A DNA stretch of 64,000 nt from Auanema rhodensis (taxonomy: Eukaryota; Animalia; Nematoda), in NCBI GenBank assembly GCA_964057225.1, contig OZ059894.1:11842001-11906000 (forward strand), read 5' to 3'. The translations under genes were made by a program, and so were the position numbers. Of this stretch, positions 12,078 to 23,048 are shown in pieces. Position 1 is the first letter of the stretch, and the number at the start of each line of letters is the position of its first letter. A model generated the notes under the pieces. The model saw nothing but the letters and a program-made list of their open reading frames with translations, was not told where the DNA came from and searched no databases.

Positions 12078-12196
12078 AGCTTACGACACCCGGGATTCCC
12101 AAGCCGTCTCCGATCCAAGTACTAACCGGGCCCAACGTTGCTTGACTTGCCAGATCGGACGGGATGGCGTACTTTCAACGTGGTATGGTCGTAAGC
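12078..12196 (-). rRNA. 5S rRNA
   Basis: Same as 1805-1923. Confidence 0.97.
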
Positions 12197-13548
12197 AATG
12201 TCATATTCTTCATTATCAGTTATATCACTCTAAATCTTGTTGTTAATAGATACGACCACAAAGAAAACAACAGGAACAGTAACAATAACAAAAAAAATTT
12301 TTTTTTCACCTATGTGTCTAAAGGTTAGCCATGTATCCGTTTATATATATATATATATATATATATCAACAGTAAAAAGTCCAATCAAGAGAGAAATTTT
12401 TTCAACACATAGTTGTTTTTTTTTTAAATATCATTGTTTTTCCTCATAACTCGGTTTAAACTCGTTCTAACCCGTTGAAATACGTCTAGAAAGTCTTTAT
12501 AACATGCATATGTATGATAGAACTTCATATTTATTGTAATAGAAAATTTTATTTTCAGACGTCTTGGTTAACAATGATATGTTTTACCCCCTTATAATTT
12601 TTATCATAATGTTCCTTATACGGAACGCTCAATGAAACTTGCTTCCAGAAAAATTTCTTTCTATTTTTTCTTCATATGTACGTAGATACTATAGAGAACT
12701 ATGATAGAAAACTTTAACATTCACGAAATCATCATTTCTCATTACGCTACGGAGGTTTAAAAAGCTGTGTTTTACCTTATAATAGACCGGAAAACCCTTG
12801 TGTTAAAACTGGACCGTTTTTACACATATAAAAATGTCCCGTATTCGGGACCCTAATGTAACTTTTGATTCCCTATATTTTTTTTCATGAAATTTACAAT
12901 CTACTGTAGAAAGAAGAATTATTTTTATAAAAACTGTAAATTTTTGAAAAATGAAAACAAAACGAAAACAAAAACAACTTTTTTTTGAACATTTTCTCAC
13001 ACAAGGGTCCCCCCTTACCTACTTTTTTTCTCATTACTCGTTTCAACCTCATCCGATCACTCTGCAAACATGTTTAATCGTTCTAACTTGTTGAAATACG
13101 TCTTAAAAGTCTAAACAACATGCATATGCATAATAGAAACCACCCGAATAGGCCCCCACGCACTAAACGAGATATATACATTACCAGTATAGTAATAGAA
13201 CACATATTGAAGATTAATTCGATAAGAACAATTTATTGACGTAGAGAATGTTTGTTCCGAAAAACTACAATATTAAACTATAAAAGTAACAAAAGCGTAG
13301 AGGCAGCAAAGACATGAATAAACATAAATGTAAATACAGAATTACCAGGTAGTACATAAGTATGACAAAAAATTATAAGAAAGCCATGAAAATAGAAGGT
13401 TTGTGAACAAATGAGAGGTACATCTTTGATCGTATAGTCATTTCTAAACCGTTCGTATGCTGCAGCATCGTCATAAGCGTCACTCAAGTTGAATTTCCAT
13501 GTGTACTACACGATTTTCATTCTTATTGTTACATTCTTTCCCTGAGGG

Positions 13549-13734
13549 AATGGGCCGTTCCCGCCAGCAGTGCAAGAGCGGGTCGACCCGTGAGGTGGAG
13601 CTAGCAAGCCAGCATCTACCTCAAGTCTCAAAAATCGGTTAACCTTATTGTGAACCAATGGAACACATATCGAAGGTTAATTCGATAAGAACGATTACTA
13701 CACTTTGATCTTAGCCAAAAGGCCGAGAAGCGAT
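13549..13734 (-). ncRNA. U2: U2 snRNA
   Basis: Same sequence as 1177-1362. Confidence 0.96.
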
Positions 13735-14176
13735 ACAGCATAGCCATGAGTATCAAAGACATCAAGCAAATGTATCGTACTTGTTACGAGTGCACTCTCT
13801 CATTTGAATATAAAAGTGTGGTTTGACAATCTTGACTGTACAGGTCATAAATGGCTCATATAAACTGTGGATTTACTCAACTTTTGGACTTATTTTTTTC
13901 TTATTCGAAGCGCTGCACTTTTTTCTATTCTTTTTATTCAAATACTTGTATATAGTTTTATATGTACGGTTGCAAAGTTTCCGAATATTTTATATATTTT
14001 TATACAATAATTAGGAGAAGGTTAATACAATGAAATCTCCCAACTTTACAGTGTTTGTATTGCTTACAGTATCTAGAACAACCACTCTTGTAATATTAGA
14101 GCACATATCAATCAACAACTTTTTCTAGTTATCAAAGCTTTTTTATTTCTTCAAGATATTTCAAATAAAATATAAA

Positions 14177-14295
14177 AGCTTACGACACCCGGGATTCCCA
14201 AGCCGTCTCCGATCCAAGTACTAACCGGGCCCAACGTTGCTTGACTTGCCAGATCGGACGGGATGGCGTACTTTCAACGTGGTATGGTCGTAAGC
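14177..14295 (-). rRNA. 5S rRNA
   Basis: Same as 1805-1923. Confidence 0.97.
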
Positions 14296-14536
14296 AATGT
14301 TATATTCTTCATTATCAGTTATATCACTCTAAATCTTGTTGTTAATAGTTAGGACCACAAAGAAAACAACAGGAACAGTAACAAATGAAATGCCCAAACT
14401 TTACAGTGTTCGAGTTATTTACAGTATCTAAGACTACCTCTGTCGTGTTATTAGAGCAAACATTCGATTAACAACAACTTTTTTTTAGTTATCAAAGCTT
14501 TTTTATTTCTTCAAAAAATTTCAAATAAAATATAAA

Positions 14537-14655
14537 AGCTTACGACACCCGGGATTCCCAAGCCGTCTCCGATCCAAGTACTAACCGGGCCCAACGTTGC
14601 TTGACTTGCCAGATCGGACGGGATGGCGTACTTTCAACGTGGTATGGTCGTAAGC
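14537..14655 (-). rRNA. 5S rRNA
   Basis: Same as 1805-1923. Confidence 0.97.
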
Positions 14656-14797
14656 AATGTCATATTCTTCATTATCAGTTATATCACTCTAAATCTTGTT
14701 GTTAATAGATACGACCACAAAGAAAACAACAGGAACAGTAACAATAACAAAAAAAATTTTTTTTTCACCTATGTGTCTAAAGGTTAGCCATGTATCC

Positions 14798-14845
<48 letters not shown>

Positions 14846-16025
14846 ACAGTAAAAAGTCCAATCAAGAGAGAAATTTTTTCAACACATAGTTGTTTTTTTT
14901 TTAAATATCATTGTTTTTCCTCATAACTCGGTTTAAACTCGTTCTAACCCGTTGAAATACGTCTAGAAAGTCTTTATAACATGCATATGTATGATAGAAC
15001 TTCATATTTATTGTAATAGAAAATTTTATTTTCAGACGTCTTGGTTAACAATGATATGTTTTACCCCCTTATAATTTTTATCATAATGTTCCTTATACGG
15101 AACGCTCAATGAAACTTGCTTCCAGAAAAATTTCTTTCTATTTTTTCTTCATATGTACGTAGATACTATAGAGAACTATGATAGAAAACTTTAACATTCA
15201 CGAAATCATCATTTCTCATTACGCTACGGAGGTTTAAAAAGCTGTGTTTTACCTTATAATAGACCGGAAAACCCTTGTGTTAAAACTGGACCGTTTTTAC
15301 ACATATAAAAATGTCCCGTATTCGGGACCCTAATGTAACTTTTGATTCCCTATATTTTTTTTCATGAAATTTACAATCTACTGTAGAAAGAAGAATTATT
15401 TTTATAAAAACTGTAAATTTTTGAAAAATGAAAACAAAACGAAAACAAAAACAACTTTTTTTTGAACATTTTCTCACACAAGGGTCCCCCCTTACCTACT
15501 TTTTTTCTCATTACTCGTTTCAACCTCATCCGATCACTCTGCAAACATGTTTAATCGTTCTAACTTGTTGAAATACGTCTTAAAAGTCTAAACAACATGC
15601 ATATGCATAATAGAAACCACCCGAATAGGCCCCCACGCACTAAACGAGATATATACATTACCAGTATAGTAATAGAACACATATTGAAGATTAATTCGAT
15701 AAGAACAATTTATTGACGTAGAGAATGTTTGTTCCGAAAAACTACAATATTAAACTATAAAAGTAACAAAAGCGTAGAGGCAGCAAAGACATGAATAAAC
15801 ATAAATGTAAATACAGAATTACCAGGTAGTACATAAGTATGACAAAAAATTATAAGAAAGCCATGAAAATAGAAGGTTTGTGAACAAATGAGAGGTACAT
15901 CTTTGATCGTATAGTCATTTCTAAACCGTTCGTATGCTGCAGCATCGTCATAAGCGTCACTCAAGTTGAATTTCCATGTGTACTACACGATTTTCATTCT
16001 TATTGTTACATTCTTTCCCTGAGGG

Positions 16026-16211
16026 AATGGGCCGTTCCCGCCAGCAGTGCAAGAGCGGGTCGACCCGTGAGGTGGAGCTAGCAAGCCAGCATCTACCTCA
16101 AGTCTCAAAAATCGGTTAACCTTATTGTGAACCAATGGAACACATATCGAAGGTTAATTCGATAAGAACGATTACTACACTTTGATCTTAGCCAAAAGGC
16201 CGAGAAGCGAT
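16026..16211 (-). ncRNA. U2: U2 snRNA
   Basis: Same sequence as 1177-1362. Confidence 0.96.
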
Positions 16212-16653
16212 ACAGCATAGCCATGAGTATCAAAGACATCAAGCAAATGTATCGTACTTGTTACGAGTGCACTCTCTCATTTGAATATAAAAGTGTGGTT
16301 TGACAATCTTGACTGTACAGGTCATAAATGGCTCATATAAACTGTGGATTTACTCAACTTTTGGACTTATTTTTTTCTTATTCGAAGCGCTGCACTTTTT
16401 TCTATTCTTTTTATTCAAATACTTGTATATAGTTTTATATGTACGGTTGCAAAGTTTCCGAATATTTTATATATTTTTATACAATAATTAGGAGAAGGTT
16501 AATACAATGAAATCTCCCAACTTTACAGTGTTTGTATTGCTTACAGTATCTAGAACAACCACTCTTGTAATATTAGAGCACATATCAATCAACAACTTTT
16601 TCTAGTTATCAAAGCTTTTTTATTTCTTCAAGATATTTCAAATAAAATATAAA

Positions 16654-16772
16654 AGCTTACGACACCCGGGATTCCCAAGCCGTCTCCGATCCAAGTACTA
16701 ACCGGGCCCAACGTTGCTTGACTTGCCAGATCGGACGGGATGGCGTACTTTCAACGTGGTATGGTCGTAAGC
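16654..16772 (-). rRNA. 5S rRNA
   Basis: Same as 1805-1923. Confidence 0.97.
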
Positions 16773-17013
16773 AATGTTATATTCTTCATTATCAGTTATA
16801 TCACTCTAAATCTTGTTGTTAATAGTTAGGACCACAAAGAAAACAACAGGAACAGTAACAAATGAAATGCCCAAACTTTACAGTGTTCGAGTTATTTACA
16901 GTATCTAAGACTACCTCTGTCGTGTTATTAGAGCAAACATTCGATTAACAACAACTTTTTTTTAGTTATCAAAGCTTTTTTATTTCTTCAAAAAATTTCA
17001 AATAAAATATAAA

Positions 17014-17132
17014 AGCTTACGACACCCGGGATTCCCAAGCCGTCTCCGATCCAAGTACTAACCGGGCCCAACGTTGCTTGACTTGCCAGATCGGACGGGA
17101 TGGCGTACTTTCAACGTGGTATGGTCGTAAGC
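17014..17132 (-). rRNA. 5S rRNA
   Basis: Same as 1805-1923. Confidence 0.97.
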
Positions 17133-17274
17133 AATGTCATATTCTTCATTATCAGTTATATCACTCTAAATCTTGTTGTTAATAGATACGACCACAAAGA
17201 AAACAACAGGAACAGTAACAATAACAAAAAAAATTTTTTTTTCACCTATGTGTCTAAAGGTTAGCCATGTATCC

Positions 17275-17320
<46 letters not shown>

Positions 17321-18500
17321 ACAGTAAAAAGTCCAATCAAGAGAGAAATTTTTTCAACACATAGTTGTTTTTTTTTTAAATATCATTGTTTTTCCTCATA
17401 ACTCGGTTTAAACTCGTTCTAACCCGTTGAAATACGTCTAGAAAGTCTTTATAACATGCATATGTATGATAGAACTTCATATTTATTGTAATAGAAAATT
17501 TTATTTTCAGACGTCTTGGTTAACAATGATATGTTTTACCCCCTTATAATTTTTATCATAATGTTCCTTATACGGAACGCTCAATGAAACTTGCTTCCAG
17601 AAAAATTTCTTTCTATTTTTTCTTCATATGTACGTAGATACTATAGAGAACTATGATAGAAAACTTTAACATTCACGAAATCATCATTTCTCATTACGCT
17701 ACGGAGGTTTAAAAAGCTGTGTTTTACCTTATAATAGACCGGAAAACCCTTGTGTTAAAACTGGACCGTTTTTACACATATAAAAATGTCCCGTATTCGG
17801 GACCCTAATGTAACTTTTGATTCCCTATATTTTTTTTCATGAAATTTACAATCTACTGTAGAAAGAAGAATTATTTTTATAAAAACTGTAAATTTTTGAA
17901 AAATGAAAACAAAACGAAAACAAAAACAACTTTTTTTTGAACATTTTCTCACACAAGGGTCCCCCCTTACCTACTTTTTTTCTCATTACTCGTTTCAACC
18001 TCATCCGATCACTCTGCAAACATGTTTAATCGTTCTAACTTGTTGAAATACGTCTTAAAAGTCTAAACAACATGCATATGCATAATAGAAACCACCCGAA
18101 TAGGCCCCCACGCACTAAACGAGATATATACATTACCAGTATAGTAATAGAACACATATTGAAGATTAATTCGATAAGAACAATTTATTGACGTAGAGAA
18201 TGTTTGTTCCGAAAAACTACAATATTAAACTATAAAAGTAACAAAAGCGTAGAGGCAGCAAAGACATGAATAAACATAAATGTAAATACAGAATTACCAG
18301 GTAGTACATAAGTATGACAAAAAATTATAAGAAAGCCATGAAAATAGAAGGTTTGTGAACAAATGAGAGGTACATCTTTGATCGTATAGTCATTTCTAAA
18401 CCGTTCGTATGCTGCAGCATCGTCATAAGCGTCACTCAAGTTGAATTTCCATGTGTACTACACGATTTTCATTCTTATTGTTACATTCTTTCCCTGAGGG

Positions 18501-18649
18501 AATGGGCCGTTCCCGCCAGCAGTGCAAGAGCGGGTCGACCCGTGAGGTGGAACTAGCAAGCCAGCATCTACCTCAAGTCTCAAAAATCGGTTAACCTTAT
18601 TGTGAACCAATGGAACACATATCGAAGGTTAATTCGATAAGAACGATTA
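18501..18649 (-). pseudogene. U2: U2 remnant (nt 38 to end); 5' part and promoter deleted at the retrotransposon insertion
   Basis: U2 match stops at gaacgatta (18649) and nt 1-37 are absent. Private G>A change at 18552. Confidence 0.93.
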
Positions 18650-19045
18650 ATGGTTTATTGAATAACTAATGTTATGAAACAATAAATAACCAATAAAAAA
18701 GAGCCCAGAATCGGGGAGACGGTATTACCAGTACAACTTAAAACAGCAAGTGATTAAAAAGTACAAAATAAAACACATTACCAACAGAGGCTAAAACGAC
18801 TCAAGAGTCGGGGGAGTGGGTTAAAAAAAGTAATGAATAACAAAAAAAATGAATAATAAAGCAGACCAGTGAAAAGTAAATATCAAGTGCCGCTATGATC
18901 AAACAATTTGAGTGCCTACGGCAATGGTGTTAAAAATAAACAACAAAATACATGTACCAATGAAGGTCAGAAAGAGAGAAAGAAAAAAGACAAAAATAAG
19001 TAATACAAAAAGTAAAAAATATATTACAATCAAATCACAAACAAG

Positions 19046-19840
19046 TCAATGGATAATTTCTTCTTCATACTGCCTTACACCAGAAACATGTTCCACGTAG
19101 ATATTCCTGGCCCACTTGATGGTATCGGCGACGACGAGCTTCTCCATTAGCCGGTTGTAGTGGCTGCTGATCTTGAGTGATCGGAGGGCTTGTACGTTGA
19201 GCGGGTCCATAGTTCCAAGCATTCCTACGACATACGCTTCTACACTAGTCTTATAACCAAGACATTGGTATTGGCTGGCTATGTCAGCATATTTCCTCTC
19301 CTTTATCATACGCGCGGCTATCATGGCTTGTCGGCGGTTTTCATAGCTCACTGTAACATCAACGATACTACAGTGTTTTGCGTCATGATCGACCACTACT
19401 ATGTCAGGTCGGAGTGTACTATTAATGCCAGGAAGAGGCTGGTTAGTGTAAACTTCTCCGTTTTTAGGCTCTGGCAGGGCTTTGATAAGACGGTCCACGA
19501 TGTTGTTGTGGCGGAGTTGGATTGCTCTCGTGTGAAAGTGGCAGTGTCCAAGAACATGTGCAGCAGTTTCGTTGGGGTAACTACACCTGCGGCACTGTTT
19601 GTTTCCTTCTCCGTGTCTTCTACAGCCATTGAGCTGGAGAGTATTAAGTCGAGCCTTGTGGATGAATCGCCAATCAGCAAACCGTATGAAATCTCCCTTC
19701 GCCATAAAGTGATTGGACGCTTTGTTGAGCATTGTGACATCAAAGACTTTCCCTTGATCCGGTTTTTGAAGAAGGATCCGAAGGTCTTTCAGCCATAATG
19801 CACGTCGCAGGCTTCTGTGGCATAGTGAAGGTGTTAACAG
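19046..19840 (-). CDS. C-terminal fragment of the retrotransposon polyprotein: zinc knuckle + restriction-like endonuclease (truncated)
   Basis: KPDQGK...RFADWRFIHKARLN, CRRCSYPNETAAHVLGHC (CCHC), RHN, RPDIV, IVDVT, K-x2-KY. The frame is uninterrupted. The first ~30 aa of the 294-aa track ORF are read-through of the inverted segment and not native. Confidence 0.9.
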   Translation of the reverse strand: MLTPSLCHRSLRRALWLKDLRILLQKPDQGKVFDVTMLNKASNHFMAKGDFIRFADWRFIHKARLNTLQLNGCRRHGEGNKQCRRCSYPNETAAHVLGHCHFHTRAIQLRHNNIVDRLIKALPEPKNGEVYTNQPLPGINSTLRPDIVVVDHDAKHCSIVDVTVSYENRRQAMIAARMIKERKYADIASQYQCLGYKTSVEAYVVGMLGTMDPLNVQALRSLKISSHYNRLMEKLVVADTIKWARNIYVEHVSGVRQYEEEIIH

Positions 19841-19852
19841 TTGGTTCAGCAC

Positions 19853-20150
19853 TATCCTCCAAACGCCAGTGCTGAACCAATCTACCTGCCAACCAACTAC
19901 GGCGGACTTGGTCTCTCTCGACTCCAACACCTGTCAGACGTCTGTGAAGTCACTCATGCCTACCAACTTTTGAAGTCATCTGATCTTGTAGTAGCTGATA
20001 TTGCGCATCAAGACTCAATAAAAGTAGCATCAAAAAGGATTAAACGTCAAGCCAGTAACGATGAGACAGCTGCATATTACAACGGTTCCGTTGATGGCAT
20101 TTTCGACACCGAAACATCTGATGTTTCCTCCATCTGGACTAGAGTAAGAG
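19853..20150 (+). CDS. Inverted internal fragment of the same polyprotein (post-RT thumb/linker region)
   Basis: ASAEPIYLPTNYGGLGL...AYQLLKSSD...SIWTRVR. The YLP-x3-GGLG motif is typical of the end of non-LTR RT domains and normally lies just upstream of the KPDQGK region. Confidence 0.82.
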
Positions 20151-20183
20151 TATTTCTTCAAGATATTTCAAATAAAATATAAA

Positions 20184-20302
20184 AGCTTACGACACCCGGG
20201 ATTCCCAAGCCGTCTCCGATCCAAGTACTAACCGGGCCCAACGTTGCTTGACTTGCCAGATCGGACGGGATGGCGTACTTTCAACGTGGTATGGTCGTAA
20301 GC
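20184..20302 (-). rRNA. 5S rRNA
   Basis: Same as 1805-1923. Confidence 0.97.
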
Positions 20303-20543
20303 AATGTTATATTCTTCATTATCAGTTATATCACTCTAAATCTTGTTGTTAATAGTTAGGACCACAAAGAAAACAACAGGAACAGTAACAAATGAAATGC
20401 CCAAACTTTACAGTGTTCGAGTTATTTACAGTATCTAAGACTACCTCTGTCGTGTTATTAGAGCAAACATTCGATTAACAACAACTTTTTTTTAGTTATC
20501 AAAGCTTTTTTATTTCTTCAAAAAATTTCAAATAAAATATAAA

Positions 20544-20662
20544 AGCTTACGACACCCGGGATTCCCAAGCCGTCTCCGATCCAAGTACTAACCGGGCCCA
20601 ACGTTGCTTGACTTGCCAGATCGGACGGGATGGCGTACTTTCAACGTGGTATGGTCGTAAGC
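20544..20662 (-). rRNA. 5S rRNA
   Basis: Same as 1805-1923. Confidence 0.97.
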
Positions 20663-20804
20663 AATGTCATATTCTTCATTATCAGTTATATCACTCTAAA
20701 TCTTGTTGTTAATAGATACGACCACAAAGAAAACAACAGGAACAGTAACAATAACAAAAAAAATTTTTTTTTCACCTATGTGTCTAAAGGTTAGCCATGT
20801 ATCC

Positions 20805-20854
<50 letters not shown>

Positions 20855-22033
20855 ACAGTAAAAAGTCCAATCAAGAGAGAAATTTTTTCAACACATAGTT
20901 GTTTTTTTTTAAATATCATTGTTTTTCCTCATAACTCGGTTTAAACTCGTTCTAACCCGTTGAAATACGTCTAGAAAGTCTTTATAACATGCATATGTAT
21001 GATAGAACTTCATATTTATTGTAATAGAAAATTTTATTTTCAGACGTCTTGGTTAACAATGATATGTTTTACCCCCTTATAATTTTTATCATAATGTTCC
21101 TTATACGGAACGCTCAATGAAACTTGCTTCCAGAAAAATTTCTTTCTATTTTTTCTTCATATGTACGTAGATACTATAGAGAACTATGATAGAAAACTTT
21201 AACATTCACGAAATCATCATTTCTCATTACGCTACGGAGGTTTAAAAAGCTGTGTTTTACCTTATAATAGACCGGAAAACCCTTGTGTTAAAACTGGACC
21301 GTTTTTACACATATAAAAATGTCCCGTATTCGGGACCCTAATGTAACTTTTGATTCCCTATATTTTTTTTCATGAAATTTACAATCTACTGTAGAAAGAA
21401 GAATTATTTTTATAAAAACTGTAAATTTTTGAAAAATGAAAACAAAACGAAAACAAAAACAACTTTTTTTTGAACATTTTCTCACACAAGGGTCCCCCCT
21501 TACCTACTTTTTTTCTCATTACTCGTTTCAACCTCATCCGATCACTCTGCAAACATGTTTAATCGTTCTAACTTGTTGAAATACGTCTTAAAAGTCTAAA
21601 CAACATGCATATGCATAATAGAAACCACCCGAATAGGCTCCCACGCACTAAACGAGATATATACATTACCAGTATAGTAATAGAACACATATTGAAGATT
21701 AATTCGATAAAAACAATTTATTGACGTAGAGAATGTTTGTTCCGAAAAACTACAATATTAAACTATAAAAGTAACAAAAGCGTAGAGGCAGCAAAGACAT
21801 GAATAAACATAAATGTAAATACAGAATTACCAGGTAGTACATAAGTATGACAAAAAATTATAAGAAAGCCATGAAAATAGAAGGTTTGTGAACAAATGAG
21901 AGGTACATCTTTGATCGTATAGTCATTTCTAAACCGTTCGTATGCTGCAGCATCGTCATAAGCGTCACTCAAGTTGAATTTCCATGTGTACTACACGATT
22001 TTCATTCTTATTGTTACATTCTTTCCCTGAGGG

Positions 22034-23048
22034 AATGGGCCGTTCCCGCCAGCAGTGCAAGAGCGGGTCGACCCGTGAGGTGGAGCTAGCAAGCCAGCAT
22101 CTACCTCAAGTCTCAAAAATCGGTTAACCTTATTGTGAACCAATGGAACACATATCGAAGGTTAATTCGATAAGAACGATTTATTGAAGTAGATAATGTT
22201 TGTCCCGGAGGACTACAATATTAAAATAATTACTGAAGCCCGAAGGCAGCGAGAAATAGTAAGGATACTACCTGCACTGAGTGCGTCGTATCATAAAAAA
22301 AGAGATAGCTAATGGGCAAGTTGAAGAGCTTGAAATTAACAATGACGTCACTAGAAGTAAAGTTTTCTATCTGCAGCTGCGGGTAAAGAGGGTCAGCGTA
22401 AGCAGAATTCAATTCTACCAACAATTAGTGGGAACATTGAGAGAACAGATGAAGGAGGAAATTGTAACTTCAAGTAAAATAGATTATATCTTCAGCTGCG
22501 GGTAAAGAGAGTCAGCTTTGTACAGATTACTAGTTTACATAAGAAGTGGTAACATTTCAAAAAAGGAGCACAACATAAAAAACGAGACTACGGACTATGA
22601 GGTAAATGTTATCATTGTCTGGATCGATGATTCGGCATTTGATTGCAGCTGCGGATTGAGTGGATCAGCTTGCATGGCGTCCGCATTCGACATCAGGGAA
22701 AATGATGAGTTTCTTGAGGTCCGGCTCGGCGGGCTGTTATGTCCTATTCCCTGTTGATGGTGTTGTTGTCCTTGAGCTTGTTCTTCTTCCCAGAAAAAAA
22801 AAAACTGTGAAGCTGAAGAGTCCTATTAAACGTCTTTAAACGCAAGATTAATAAGAAGCTACTACAGCTAACACAGGACCGCCTCAAGGCCTGGTAGATC
22901 AACCAGTGTTGCTTCAATCACCAAGTATTGCGGCCTGGGCCCTTGGATCAATTCACAACACCAGTATAGCAATGGAACACATATCGAAGGTTAATTCGAT
23001 AAGAACGATTACTACACTTTGATCTTAGCCAAAAGGCCGAGAAGCGAT
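22034..23048 (-). pseudogene. U2: U2 gene interrupted by the 788-bp element
   Basis: U2 nt 1-79 at 23048-22970, then the insert, then U2 nt 39 to end at 22181-22034. Confidence 0.92.
22182..22969 (-). mobile_element. 788-bp non-autonomous U2-targeting element (SINE/SIDE-like) between 41-bp direct repeats
   Basis: Absent from standard units. Flanked by exact repeats caatggaacacatatcgaaggttaattcgataagaacgatt at 22141-22181 and 22970-23010. No long ORF. The minus-strand 3' end ...TTCAATAA(A) joins U2 at nt 39. Confidence 0.88.

Larger units (their letters stand above)
18650..20150 (-). mobile_element. 5'-truncated, 5'-inverted RLE-type non-LTR retrotransposon (Utopia/NeSL-like) inserted in U2
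   Basis: 1501 bp not present in standard units. The 3' junction lies at U2 nt 37-39 after a ~396-bp U-rich 3' UTR ending CAATAAACCAT(T). It encodes a CCHC knuckle and a PD-D-K restriction-like endonuclease. 446 bp of the unit (equivalent to 1326-1771) is deleted. Confidence 0.93.

Noticed and set aside
19190-19798. 202-aa plus-strand ORF and 114-aa alternate-frame ORF within the retrotransposon
   Set aside because: Shadow frames overlapping the motif-bearing RLE frame, with no motifs of their own.
22230-22757. Short ORFs (64-79 aa) in the 788-bp element as an encoded transposase or recombinase
   Set aside because: Too short, with non-ATG starts, interrupted by stops, and no catalytic motif recognised.
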